Part shown: piece after piece, positions 1 to 8,983 of the stretch
How positions within the stretch are numbered: position 1 is the first letter of the stretch
Layout: each line of letters opens with the position of its first letter
From: an uncultured bacterium
Lineage (GTDB): Bacteria; Hydrothermota; Hydrothermia; LBFQ01
Length of the DNA stretch: 53,640 nt
Reading direction: 5' to 3'
NCBI GenBank assembly: GCA_964426895.1
Contig: CAYRSH010000002.1
Location: 1-53,640, forward strand
Notes under the pieces: generated by a model
Seen by the model: the letters and a program-made list of their open reading frames with translations, nothing else
What the model was told of the DNA's origin: nothing
Database searches by the model: none
Translations under genes and position numbers: made by a program

Positions 1-195
1 ATCCCAAGGGAAATAACTTATAACAAACAAACTATCACCCCTCTAATCCGCAAGATATACAGTATCGTTAAACACCTTCGCCCATAAAACATTTCTAAAG
101 GTATCCGTTGCAAATACCATAAACCCAACACTAAGCGTTGATGTATCAACTGCTATCCTTCCTAACCAATAGGTATAACTTCCCATTCTTTTCAT
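1..195 (-). other. 5' part of a possible MlaE-like ABC permease gene running off the window; frame interrupted by an in-frame TAG at 45-43
   Basis: ATG at 195-193 is preceded by GAGGAAG with a 4-nt spacer. Translation: MKRMGSYTYWLGRIAVDTSTLSVGFMVFATDTFRNVLWAKVFNDTVYLAD*RGDSLFVISYFPWD. Only a weak by-eye resemblance to MlaE-type N-termini. Below the ORF-track size cutoff. Confidence 0.25.
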
Positions 196-392
196 ACATC
201 TTCCTCAATTTACCCTTCAAAACAGTAAAGGCCAATGGGTGTAATATGCTTATAGGGTGCGACAATCCATCCTTGTAAGCCACAATATAAACGCTGTTCC
301 CATATGCCTACCCCTCTAAAACCTCTATCCCCTTCACCTCCCTACCACTAACATCCTTCCCCTGAACCCCAGAAAGACCCATGCCAAGCAGT

Positions 393-404
393 ATTTTAAG
401 GTTG
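393..404 (-). promoter_or_regulatory. Promoter motif caaccttaaaat (minus strand) just after the lpxK stop
   Basis: Same 12-mer as at 3131-3142 and 9861-9872. -10 TAAAAT lies 10 nt upstream of an ATG at 382-380. Confidence 0.4.
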
Positions 405-418
405 AACATTTTTCTTTG

Positions 419-1339
419 TCAATGAGGGTTTATTTCCCTTATCCTTTCATCCAAAAACTCCCAAAACCCCCCCTCAAATACGGGTTTAATCTTCAAAAAA
501 CCAACCCTTTTATCCAATCCTATCCTATAAAAATCCTTCTCAGTACATACCGGTATAGCCCCCAACTTATAGGCCTTTTTTATTATTTTTTTAACCCCCT
601 TTATCCACCAATGATCCGGAAATATCCTATATCCCACAACCTCTGCACCCGAGATTTTCAAAGCGTTTATAAAGCTAAAAGGATCCGCTATTCCGCAAAA
701 GGGGAAAACCCTCAAACCCTTCAAATCCAAAACCCTACCGTTATACTCCACACCCTCAACTTTATACCTCATAACGAAAGCGGGCTTTCCAAGGTTATGG
801 GGTTTAAAGGGTTTTTCTTCAAGTTTTAGGTTGAAAACCAAAACATCCGCATACTTTATGGCGTCATTGGGTTCCCTTAAAGGTCCAAAGGGTAATGTAC
901 TCGCTTTTAAATCGGCAGGTCTCAAAAGTAAAATGTTTATGTGCGCCCTGAGTTTAAAATACTGAAAAGCGTCGTCAAATATTACCAGATTTGCCCCTAA
1001 ATCCTTAGCAATTTCAACGCCTTTAAACCTGTCCTTTGATGCTATAACGGGTCTTCCGGTTTTTTTAAAAATCATATATCCCTCATCTCCTAAGTATTCC
1101 GGAGATGGGTATTCCAAAGAACTATAAACACCCTTGTATTTCCTACCATATCCGAGGGTTATAATCGCCGAATTTTCAAATCTCTTGGCGATTTCTATAA
1201 CAAGGGGCGTTTTTCCGGTTCCCCCCGTCCTCAAATTCCCCACATTTATTGAAGGAATTCCGGGGGTTCTGGGTTTTGAAAACTCCCTTAAAAGTTTAAC
1301 AATCCAAGCATAAGGATTAATCGCATCAAAAACCGTCAT
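419..1339 (-). CDS. lpxK: Tetraacyldisaccharide 4'-kinase (lipid A biosynthesis)
   Basis: 306 aa. INVGNLRTGGTGKTPLVIEIA matches the LpxK P-loop signature VGNxxxGGTGKTP. 4-nt overlap with the upstream gene. Confidence 0.85.
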   Translation of the reverse strand: MTVFDAINPYAWIVKLLREFSKPRTPGIPSINVGNLRTGGTGKTPLVIEIAKRFENSAIITLGYGRKYKGVYSSLEYPSPEYLGDEGYMIFKKTGRPVIASKDRFKGVEIAKDLGANLVIFDDAFQYFKLRAHINILLLRPADLKASTLPFGPLREPNDAIKYADVLVFNLKLEEKPFKPHNLGKPAFVMRYKVEGVEYNGRVLDLKGLRVFPFCGIADPFSFINALKISGAEVVGYRIFPDHWWIKGVKKIIKKAYKLGAIPVCTEKDFYRIGLDKRVGFLKIKPVFEGGFWEFLDERIREINPH

Positions 1340-3123
1340 TTAACAATCAAAACCCTTGTAGTTTTCCCTCTCTTTGCAATATAAACCCCCCTCTTCAAAT
1401 CCTGCGAACACCCTTTACCCTTAAAAATTCTCCTACCAGCAAGGTTAAAAATCTCATAATTCCCACCATAGCATATATTTTTACCCTTTATTTCGGGTTT
1501 GAACATAACCGTAGTACCCACCATCTCCTTAATCGCCGTCGTCGGATACATTGGTATCTTTATGTAAGAGGGATAGTTCGGAGAATGGTATATCTTGTTT
1601 GTGGCCACCAACTTAAAGGTATCGTCCCTAACAAAGGGGCCTCCGTTGTTCGGGTTTGCCTCAAATCTCGGATAATTTGCGGATGATATTATAACCATTA
1701 TCCTATGCCCCGGCATAAATGCCCAAGCGGTTGCCCACACCTTAACCTCAACCGAATCAATACTCCCGGGGTTTAACAAAACCTCCCTATCAAACCCATA
1801 CCTATACCTCGCCTTTATTATCCCATCGGATACGAGTATGGCCTTTCCATCCGGATAAACATCCGCTATCCTAACCGCAAAATCGGTATCGTATCTGTCG
1901 CTTTCTATGTACAATTTTGCTATTATGTTCCCTATAACCACAACCGTATCGGTTAAAACATCGCTTTGGAAGACCAAAACATCGCTCCTTGAAAGCAACG
2001 GCCTTTGATCCTTTGGCCCAGTTCCCCCCGGTAAGGACATCTCGTTGCCCCCTATGGTGGGCGTTGGGTCGTTTGGATCATAAACATAAACGGAAAAACT
2101 ATCCGATGCGGGTTTGTAAAGTCTTAAAGTTCCATCCCCATGCAAATACCAATTTCTGTAATACAACCCCCTCGGTGGAAATGTATCCGCATACGCCCAT
2201 TCATTTATGCCCATTATGTAAAACTTAACCGGTGGTTCATCCATTATCCCGTTATTAACCCCTTTAAGCCAATAATCGTACCACCTTCCAAGGGCATCGT
2301 TTAAATCGCTAAACGATAGGGATGCGTTTGATGGGAATGTTAAATCCCCTTGCGTGGTTTGTCCGAATGTCAAATGTCCCCAAGGCCCTATTATTATCTT
2401 CTGGTTTCCCCTTGCCAAAGGCCCCCCGTTATATTGCAGGTTTATAAAGGCATTTATTTGGCTTTCCAAGAATATATCAAACCATCCCGCAAAGTGAAAC
2501 ATGGGAACATTAACGGATGAAACCCTTTCGTCAAGGTTCATAATTACCCAACTGCTATCATAATTCGGGTGATTCGCCACGGTATCTATCAGGTATCCAA
2601 CACCCAAACCGTTTAACCAGTTTTCAACGAGATTTTTCCTAAATTCTCCACCATAAAAAGCCGCATAATGATATACGCTATGGGCACCAACCAATGGAAC
2701 CGCACATTTATAAGCCGGGTGTAATGTTCCGGCTAACAGGTATTGGGTTATACCCATAGCGGAAAACCAAGAACCGCAAACTTTACCGGAAGACCAACTC
2801 TGCGATATTATCCAATTAACCGCATCGTATCCGTCCTGCAAATCGCCCCACCCGTCCGTACGGAAAACGGAAGGCTCCCCTTCACTCCCCTGAAAACCCC
2901 TCAAACTCTGAATCACCAAGGCATAACCTTTAATATCGGTTATATACGGGATGAAATAGTTTAAACCCACATCCGTGCGACCATATGGTGTTCTGACAAG
3001 GATTGTATGAAGCCTTCCGGTATAAAATGTTGGTTTATATACATCGGTTGCCAACTTTATGCTATCCCTCATTGGAACCATGTAAAAGTCGTGTGAATAA
3101 CTCGGCAATATAATCCAAAGCAT
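1336..3123 (-). CDS. CocE/NonD (S15 X-Pro dipeptidyl-peptidase-like) alpha/beta hydrolase with C-terminal Por/T9SS-type sorting domain
   Basis: 595 aa. N-terminus VPMRDSIKLATDVYKP and C-terminal-domain YHSPNYPSYIKIP are typical of CocE/NonD. The last ~70 aa (YEIFNLAGRRIF...RGVYIAKRGKTTRVLIVK) look like a T9SS CTD. Confidence 0.75.
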   Translation of the reverse strand: MLWIILPSYSHDFYMVPMRDSIKLATDVYKPTFYTGRLHTILVRTPYGRTDVGLNYFIPYITDIKGYALVIQSLRGFQGSEGEPSVFRTDGWGDLQDGYDAVNWIISQSWSSGKVCGSWFSAMGITQYLLAGTLHPAYKCAVPLVGAHSVYHYAAFYGGEFRKNLVENWLNGLGVGYLIDTVANHPNYDSSWVIMNLDERVSSVNVPMFHFAGWFDIFLESQINAFINLQYNGGPLARGNQKIIIGPWGHLTFGQTTQGDLTFPSNASLSFSDLNDALGRWYDYWLKGVNNGIMDEPPVKFYIMGINEWAYADTFPPRGLYYRNWYLHGDGTLRLYKPASDSFSVYVYDPNDPTPTIGGNEMSLPGGTGPKDQRPLLSRSDVLVFQSDVLTDTVVVIGNIIAKLYIESDRYDTDFAVRIADVYPDGKAILVSDGIIKARYRYGFDREVLLNPGSIDSVEVKVWATAWAFMPGHRIMVIISSANYPRFEANPNNGGPFVRDDTFKLVATNKIYHSPNYPSYIKIPMYPTTAIKEMVGTTVMFKPEIKGKNICYGGNYEIFNLAGRRIFKGKGCSQDLKRGVYIAKRGKTTRVLIVK

Positions 3124-3130
3124 ATAAAGG

Positions 3131-3142
3131 ATTTTAAGGTTG
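3131..3142 (-). promoter_or_regulatory. Promoter motif caaccttaaaat for the CocE-lpxK unit
   Basis: -10 TAAAAT (3136-3131) lies 7 nt from ATG 3123, giving a leaderless geometry. Confidence 0.55.
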
Positions 3143-3163
3143 TTTGTTTATAGATGTTTGTCG

Positions 3164-3173
3164 CCATTAGAAT
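3164..3173 (+). promoter_or_regulatory. Promoter ccattagaat for the acyl-CoA dehydrogenase-miaA unit
   Basis: -10 TAGAAT 3168-3173 lies 11 nt before ATG 3185. Supports the internal start rather than 3140. Confidence 0.5.
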
Positions 3174-3184
3174 ACCCATTTTAT

Positions 3185-4294
3185 ATGGTTCCGGAGAAAT
3201 TGGAAGATTTTAGGGAATATGTAAGGGAAATAGCGGAGAAATATGTTAAACCCTGGTCTATGATTGTTGATAAAGAGGACAGGTTTGCAAAGGAAAGCGC
3301 CGAAGCCGTGTTCAAGGCAAACTTGGCAGGCGTAATAATTCCCAAAGGGTATGGGGGTTTGGGTTTATCAACAAAACACTATGTGGTATTTATAGAGGAA
3401 TTGACGAGGGTTTGCCCTTCAACGGCCGTAACCTTTGCGGTAACCTCCGGACTTTCCGCGGGCTTTTTGGTAAATTTCGCATCGGAAGAATTAAAAAGGG
3501 AGTATTTACCAAAGGTTGCAAGTGGAGAATATATAGGGGCTTTTGGTTTAACGGAACCCTGTTGTGGTTCGGATGCGGGAAGTATGAGGACTAAGGCGGA
3601 AGAGGTTGAAGGGGGTTTTAGGATTTATGGGCAAAAAATCTTTATAACAAATGCATCCGTTGCAAAATTCGTTATAACCATGGCAAAAAGCGATCCCGAA
3701 AAGGGTAAAAAGGGTATAACGGCCTTTTTGGTTGATACCGATAGCGATGGATTTTCCGTTATTAAGAACGAGGATAAACTCGGGTGGAGGGGTTCGGTAA
3801 CATCCGCAATATCTTATGACGGAGTTTTTGTCCCTTATGAAAAGATTATAGGAAAAAGGGGGGAAGGTTTTAAGTACGCCTTGGCCTCATTGGATGCGGG
3901 AAGAATAGGAATAGCCGCCATGGGTTTGGGAACTATAAAAAGGGCATTGGAAATTTCTTTGGAATATGTCAAGGAAAACCGATTAAGCGATAACGAGTCC
4001 TTTTCTTTCAGGTTGTCCGATCTCCATTGGATGTATGAAACCGCAAAGGAATACACATTTAAAGCGGCGGAATTGAAGGACAGAGGGGAAAACTTTACAA
4101 GGGAAGCGGCAACGGCCAAATTGATAGCCTCGGAATTTGCTATGAAGGCGGTTAATATAATGATGGATATTTTGGGACCCGACGGCGTTATTTGGGGAGA
4201 GGCGGAAAGGTTGTTCAGGGATACGAAGATTTTGGAAATAGGTGAGGGAACGAGTGAGGTTCAAAGGCTTGTAATTTCTCGATACCTTTTGTGA
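3185..4294 (+). CDS. Acyl-CoA dehydrogenase (short/medium-chain type)
   Basis: GLTEPCCGSDAGSMRTKA and EIGEGTSEVQRLVISR are classic ACAD motifs. Start set at M16 of the track ORF (MVPEKLEDF) because of the promoter at 3164-3173. Confidence 0.9.
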   Translation: MVPEKLEDFREYVREIAEKYVKPWSMIVDKEDRFAKESAEAVFKANLAGVIIPKGYGGLGLSTKHYVVFIEELTRVCPSTAVTFAVTSGLSAGFLVNFASEELKREYLPKVASGEYIGAFGLTEPCCGSDAGSMRTKAEEVEGGFRIYGQKIFITNASVAKFVITMAKSDPEKGKKGITAFLVDTDSDGFSVIKNEDKLGWRGSVTSAISYDGVFVPYEKIIGKRGEGFKYALASLDAGRIGIAAMGLGTIKRALEISLEYVKENRLSDNESFSFRLSDLHWMYETAKEYTFKAAELKDRGENFTREAATAKLIASEFAMKAVNIMMDILGPDGVIWGEAERLFRDTKILEIGEGTSEVQRLVISRYLL

Positions 4295-5166
4295 TACCCG
4301 TAATCATAGGTCCAACGGGTAGCGGTAAAACCGAATTGGCAATTGATTTGGCAAGAAATTACGGTTTTATCGTTATAAACGCGGACAGTAGAAAGGTTTA
4401 TAAATATCTTGATATAGGTACGGCAAAACCTCCAAAAGAATACAGAGAGTTTTATCGTTTAATTGATGTTTTAGAACCCTGTGAAGAATTCTCGGCTTAT
4501 AAATGGGCGGAATTGGCGGAAAAGGAAATTGAGAATTTGTTAAAAGAAGGTAAAAGAGTTATAATTGAGGGGGCAAGCGTTTTGTATTTAAAGGCTCTGT
4601 TTGAGGGTTTTTTTGAACATCCCGAAATACCGAAAGGAATAAGGGAACAGGCCAAAAGACTTGTGGAATCCGGTGAGGGTTATAAAATACTTTTGGAAAG
4701 GGATCCGGAAACGGCAAAAAAAATTCACCCAAACGATAAATACAGGATAAGTAGGGCTTTGGAAGTCTTGTTGGCAACGGGAAAACCGATATCGGTATTG
4801 AGGAAAGAGGGTAAAAAGCCGAAGTTCAAACCGATATATTTTTTAATAGATATACCGAGGGAAATACTTTACAAAAGGATAGGGGAAAGGGCAAGGGAGA
4901 TGTTTGACAAGGGTTTGATTGGCGAAACCGAGGAAATTTTAAAAAAATATCCGTGTTTTAAGGAATGGGGGAAAAAGGTTGTTGCGTACAAACAGGCCTT
5001 GGAGTTTTTAGAAGGCAAATACGATTATGAAACCGCAATTAGAAAGAAGGCAAAAGCGGATAAGGAGTTGGCTAAGAGGCAGTTGAGGTTTATGAAAACC
5101 CTGAAACCGATAATAAAAATCCCTTTCAATCGTAAAGAACTTCTTCTATCGTTCCTCCACCTATAA
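4291..5166 (+). CDS. miaA: tRNA dimethylallyltransferase
   Basis: 291 aa. IIGPTGSGKTELAIDLA P-loop N-terminus. GTGA start/stop overlap with the ACAD gene. Confidence 0.9.
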   Translation: MIPVIIGPTGSGKTELAIDLARNYGFIVINADSRKVYKYLDIGTAKPPKEYREFYRLIDVLEPCEEFSAYKWAELAEKEIENLLKEGKRVIIEGASVLYLKALFEGFFEHPEIPKGIREQAKRLVESGEGYKILLERDPETAKKIHPNDKYRISRALEVLLATGKPISVLRKEGKKPKFKPIYFLIDIPREILYKRIGERAREMFDKGLIGETEEILKKYPCFKEWGKKVVAYKQALEFLEGKYDYETAIRKKAKADKELAKRQLRFMKTLKPIIKIPFNRKELLLSFLHL

Positions 5167-6175
5167 GGTAATCACCCATATAAAAAGCCACCCCTTGACC
5201 GGGAGTTGGGGCAAATTGGGGCTCTTGAAATTCAACTAAAGCATAATCCTTTAAAACCCTCACCCTTGCCCTTTTCGTTGATATACCCGCCCTAACCTGA
5301 ACATCCGATACAAACTCATTTCCGGGAAAATAATGCCAATTTAAATCCAATGCCTTTATCCCCTTGGCCATAACACCTTCAAGGTCATCAAGGATTATAT
5401 CCCCGTTCTTAAACGCCTTAACATAAACCCTTTTACCAACCGCAACATTCAAACCCTTCCTCTGGCCAATGGTGTAATAAAAAGTTCCCTTGTGGGTCCC
5501 TACCACTTTCCCTTTATATATAAACTTGCCCGGCTTTGGTTTTAATCCCCTTTCAATCAGAAAATTCCTATAATCCCCATCAACAAAACATAAATCCTGA
5601 GATTCCGGCTTTTTGGCCGTTGGTAATCCCACTTCAAGTGCCAGTTTCCTAACCTCCTCCTTCGTCATATCACCTACGGGGAATATAAGCCTTGGTATCC
5701 AATCCTTTGGTATCCGGAACATAAAATAGGATTGATCCTTTTTCCTATCCCTACCCCTCATCATGAGTTCAACGCCTTCATAAAAGCCCTTTTTTATATA
5801 ATGCCCAGTTGCCACAAATTCCGCCCCTATTTTATCGGCAAAATCAAACAGGGCCTTAATCTTGTAATCCCTGTTGCAAAAGAGGCATGGGTTTGGCGTT
5901 CTATTTTTGGCGTATTCGCTTATGAAATAACCTATAATATCCCTTTTAAAGCCTTCCGAGTAGTCCAATTCGTGGAATTCTAAACCCAATTTTATCGCCA
6001 CCCTTTTCGCCAACTGTGCGGAACCTATGCTACAACAAGCATATGGATTTTTAGCCTCTTTATATAACAATACCGTAGCACCCACCACATCATAACCCCA
6101 TTTCTTCAACAAATAAGCCGCAACGGAACTATCAACACCTCCCGATAAACCCACTACAACCTTACCCCTCATCAA
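5126..6175 (-). CDS. mnmA: tRNA-specific 2-thiouridylase
   Basis: 349 aa. VGLSGGVDSSVAAYLLK PP-loop. ATGHY and LCF motifs. Confidence 0.92.
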   Translation of the reverse strand: MMRGKVVVGLSGGVDSSVAAYLLKKWGYDVVGATVLLYKEAKNPYACCSIGSAQLAKRVAIKLGLEFHELDYSEGFKRDIIGYFISEYAKNRTPNPCLFCNRDYKIKALFDFADKIGAEFVATGHYIKKGFYEGVELMMRGRDRKKDQSYFMFRIPKDWIPRLIFPVGDMTKEEVRKLALEVGLPTAKKPESQDLCFVDGDYRNFLIERGLKPKPGKFIYKGKVVGTHKGTFYYTIGQRKGLNVAVGKRVYVKAFKNGDIILDDLEGVMAKGIKALDLNWHYFPGNEFVSDVQVRAGISTKRARVRVLKDYALVEFQEPQFAPTPGQGVAFYMGDYLIGGGTIEEVLYD

Positions 6176-8042
6176 CCCCGCCCTTGCTGGGATACTTAGG
6201 TCTCGTATGTTTATATGTTAGCAAAAGGGGTATAAAGGCCTCTTTTATCCTCTCCAAATCCCCCCTTGAAAGCGGCACCCAATCCAATTGGCCATCCTTT
6301 AACTTGTCCTCAAAAACCCTATTTGCAATTTCCCTTATTTCCGACTCCGTTGTGGCACTCCTTGAAGCCGCCTCAACGGAATCCGCAAGCATGACTATTG
6401 CCTCCTCTGGGGTTTTGGGTTTTGGACCGGGATACCTAAACTGCTCTTCGGAATAGGGGAGTTTTGAAGCCTTTGCTTTTAAATAAAAGGGTAATAATAG
6501 CGATGTTCCGTGATGCGATGCGATTATATTTATAACCTCTTCGGGTAAATTGTATTTTCTTGCCAGTTCTACGCCTTTCTTTACATGGGAAATTATTATC
6601 CTCGCGCTGTTTATGGGGTCAAGTTTATCATGCGGATTTTCGTCCCCAATCTGGTTTTCTATAAAATACTCTGGGTTAAACATCTTTCCTATATCGTGAT
6701 AATAACCGCCAACCTTCGCCAATAAGGGATCCGCGCCTATAACCCTTGCCGCGGTTTCGGCTAAATGTCCCACGGCTATTGAATGGGTAAATGTACCCGG
6801 GGCTTTTTCCGACAATTCTTTTAACAGTGGGTGGTCAAAAGATGCCAATTCTAAAAGGGAGTATTCCGTGGCTCTGTGGAAAATTTGTTCAATATTGGGT
6901 AAGAAAAGGATATGGGCGCTCGTTGAAACAAATGAGGAAAGCGAAACCCATAATAACAACTCTTTAAGACTCTCAAATTCAAAGTAATTTACCTCTATAA
7001 ACGGAGAGGAAACAAAGGCTGAAATAATTCCGGCGACAAACATTAAAAGAATAATGTATATGTTCTGTATCCTCCTCTTAAAAACCTTTACACCCATGGA
7101 GGAAACAATGGCCATTGAGCCTATGTATAGGGGTAGGGTTAGGCCAAAATCGTAATTAACCCCCCTAACAACCGCAAGAACCATGGTTAAACCTATTCCC
7201 AAGGTGGGGGTGTCCAAGGAAGAAACCGATAGCGCTATTAAGGGCGAGAGGGTAAAGAAAGGAGAAAAATTTGTAAAATGGTGTATTAGGATTTCCAACA
7301 AAAACACTGAGGAGAATACGAATACCGAAGCGGAAGATGGTACATCCCATCTCCTTAGGTAAAAACCTATGAATATAAATATCCCGAGTATAAAACACAG
7401 AACCGCAAAGGCTATTCTTTTGGGTTTTATGCTGGTTTCCTTATAAGCCTTTAAAATCCGTAGGGTGGTATCATTAACTATTTCACCACGCGAAACCACA
7501 ACCTCACCCGGATTTATTATAAACTCTATTTTGCCTATGTTCCTCAGCTGCAAATTTATGTACTCACGGGTAAGGGAGGAATCGTACACTATTGTTGGAA
7601 AGATGAACATACAAAGGGTATCATCCTTTTCGCACACATCCTTCATTGAAGGAAAACCGGCCCCAAAAGCCGATACATATTCTCCATTTTCATATATCAA
7701 TATCCGTCCGTCGTATTTTGGTTCTATTATGCCCCTTTGCATAATAGTTAGAGCCTTTGCCCTAAACCTTTCGGCGTTGGGTATAAACTTTGAGAGACTT
7801 TCGGATAATATCCTTAACGAATCGTAAAACTCTATCCTTTTGTACACCAAGGGAGAAGAATTTATGATTTCTAAGGAATCCTGCCTTAACCTTTCGGGGG
7901 GTTTCTCAACGAGGATTTTCCTATTGGCTATTATGGTTCTCTTTACAACATCTCCTATCTTGTAATTTAGACTATCTTTGTAAAACAAACCACCTATGGC
8001 TATTACAAGGGAGATTATGAGGGCTCTTATTATCCTGCTCAC
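6162..8042 (-). CDS. pgpH: 7TM-HD membrane phosphohydrolase (PgpH-like, candidate cyclic-di-AMP phosphodiesterase)
   Basis: 626 aa. Extracytoplasmic N-domain, multi-TM core, C-terminal HD domain (GGYYHDIGK ... ASHHG). Conserved phoH-pgpH gene order. Confidence 0.8.
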   Translation of the reverse strand: MSRIIRALIISLVIAIGGLFYKDSLNYKIGDVVKRTIIANRKILVEKPPERLRQDSLEIINSSPLVYKRIEFYDSLRILSESLSKFIPNAERFRAKALTIMQRGIIEPKYDGRILIYENGEYVSAFGAGFPSMKDVCEKDDTLCMFIFPTIVYDSSLTREYINLQLRNIGKIEFIINPGEVVVSRGEIVNDTTLRILKAYKETSIKPKRIAFAVLCFILGIFIFIGFYLRRWDVPSSASVFVFSSVFLLEILIHHFTNFSPFFTLSPLIALSVSSLDTPTLGIGLTMVLAVVRGVNYDFGLTLPLYIGSMAIVSSMGVKVFKRRIQNIYIILLMFVAGIISAFVSSPFIEVNYFEFESLKELLLWVSLSSFVSTSAHILFLPNIEQIFHRATEYSLLELASFDHPLLKELSEKAPGTFTHSIAVGHLAETAARVIGADPLLAKVGGYYHDIGKMFNPEYFIENQIGDENPHDKLDPINSARIIISHVKKGVELARKYNLPEEVINIIASHHGTSLLLPFYLKAKASKLPYSEEQFRYPGPKPKTPEEAIVMLADSVEAASRSATTESEIREIANRVFEDKLKDGQLDWVPLSRGDLERIKEAFIPLLLTYKHTRPKYPSKGGVDEG

Positions 8043-8941
8043 AAACCGTGCTTCTCGTAAGCCTCTATAATCTTCTTTACTATCCTATGCCTTGAAACAT
8101 CTTCTTTTTCAAAATATACAAAGCCTATACCCTCAATGCCTTGGAGTATATTTAAAGCCTCGGATAAACCGGATTTTTCATTCTTAGGAAGGTCAATCTG
8201 GGTAATATCCCCGGTTATAACCACCTTTGACCTGGGACCTATGCGTGTTAAAAACATCTTCATTTGAACCGCCTTTGTATTTTGGGCTTCGTCCAATATA
8301 ATAAAAGCATCGGAAAGGGTTCTACCCCTCATGTACGCCAAGGGGGCAATTTCTACTATCCTTGCATCCATCATACGGCGCACTTTGTCATAGGGAACCA
8401 TTGAAAATAGGGCATCGTATAGGGGTATGAGGTAGGGATAAACCTTCTCCTCATAAGTTCCCGGCAAATAACCCAAACTCTCACCGGCTTCAACGGCCGG
8501 GCGGGTTAGTATAATCCTCTCAATTTTCCCCTCCCTCAAATACTTCACGGCCATCGCCACCGCCAAAAAGGTTTTACCGGTACCCGCGGGCCCTATGGCA
8601 AACACTATATCGTTTTCCTCAATGGCTCTTATATAATACCTTTGCCTTTCCGTTAAAGGTTTTATCTTTTTCTTGAATGTGATTATTACATCGTTGTCCA
8701 AAGCTATCCCCTCGTCCAAGCCGTTGTTTTCCGCAAACCCGTTATCGGAGCCCTCTATAATTTTCATTATCCTGTCCTTTACCATTTCCACATCGCTTTC
8801 CGAACCCCTAAGCCTCAATTCGGAACCCTTTGCTATTATCTTAACCGACGGATACATCTTTTTTAACTCCTTTAAACGCTCGTCATACGCACCAAAAACC
8901 TCTAAAATTTTATCCTCCGGCACAATTATTCTTATTTCCAT
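8039..8941 (-). CDS. phoH: PhoH-like ATPase
   Basis: 300 aa. GPAGTGKTFLAVAMAV Walker A, FIILDEAQN Walker B. Confidence 0.9.
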   Translation of the reverse strand: MEIRIIVPEDKILEVFGAYDERLKELKKMYPSVKIIAKGSELRLRGSESDVEMVKDRIMKIIEGSDNGFAENNGLDEGIALDNDVIITFKKKIKPLTERQRYYIRAIEENDIVFAIGPAGTGKTFLAVAMAVKYLREGKIERIILTRPAVEAGESLGYLPGTYEEKVYPYLIPLYDALFSMVPYDKVRRMMDARIVEIAPLAYMRGRTLSDAFIILDEAQNTKAVQMKMFLTRIGPRSKVVITGDITQIDLPKNEKSGLSEALNILQGIEGIGFVYFEKEDVSRHRIVKKIIEAYEKHGL

Positions 8942-8967
8942 ATCTCCTCCTTCCTCCTAAGGTGGTA

Positions 8968-8978
8968 ATTATAAGGCC
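8968..8978 (-). promoter_or_regulatory. Promoter ggccttataat for the phoH-pgpH-mnmA unit (SD-containing leader)
   Basis: -10 TATAAT is followed by a 26-nt leader carrying AGGAGGAAGGAGGAG before ATG 8941. Confidence 0.5.
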
Positions 8979-8983
8979 GAACA

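Noticed and set aside
311-380. A G-quadruplex on the minus strand, which has six G3-G4 runs.
   Set aside because: Loop lengths between the runs are 7, 4, 16, 7 and 14 nt, so no four consecutive runs fit a canonical short-loop G4. It may simply reflect Gly/Val codons or leader composition.
3140-3184. N-terminal extensions of the acyl-CoA dehydrogenase (start 3140) and of gyrB (start 53585).
   Set aside because: Both extensions lie upstream of, or across, the -10 motif. They add non-conserved residues before the canonical N-termini (MVPEKLEDF and MQTQYSAKDIKVLKGLEGVRKRPAMYIG).
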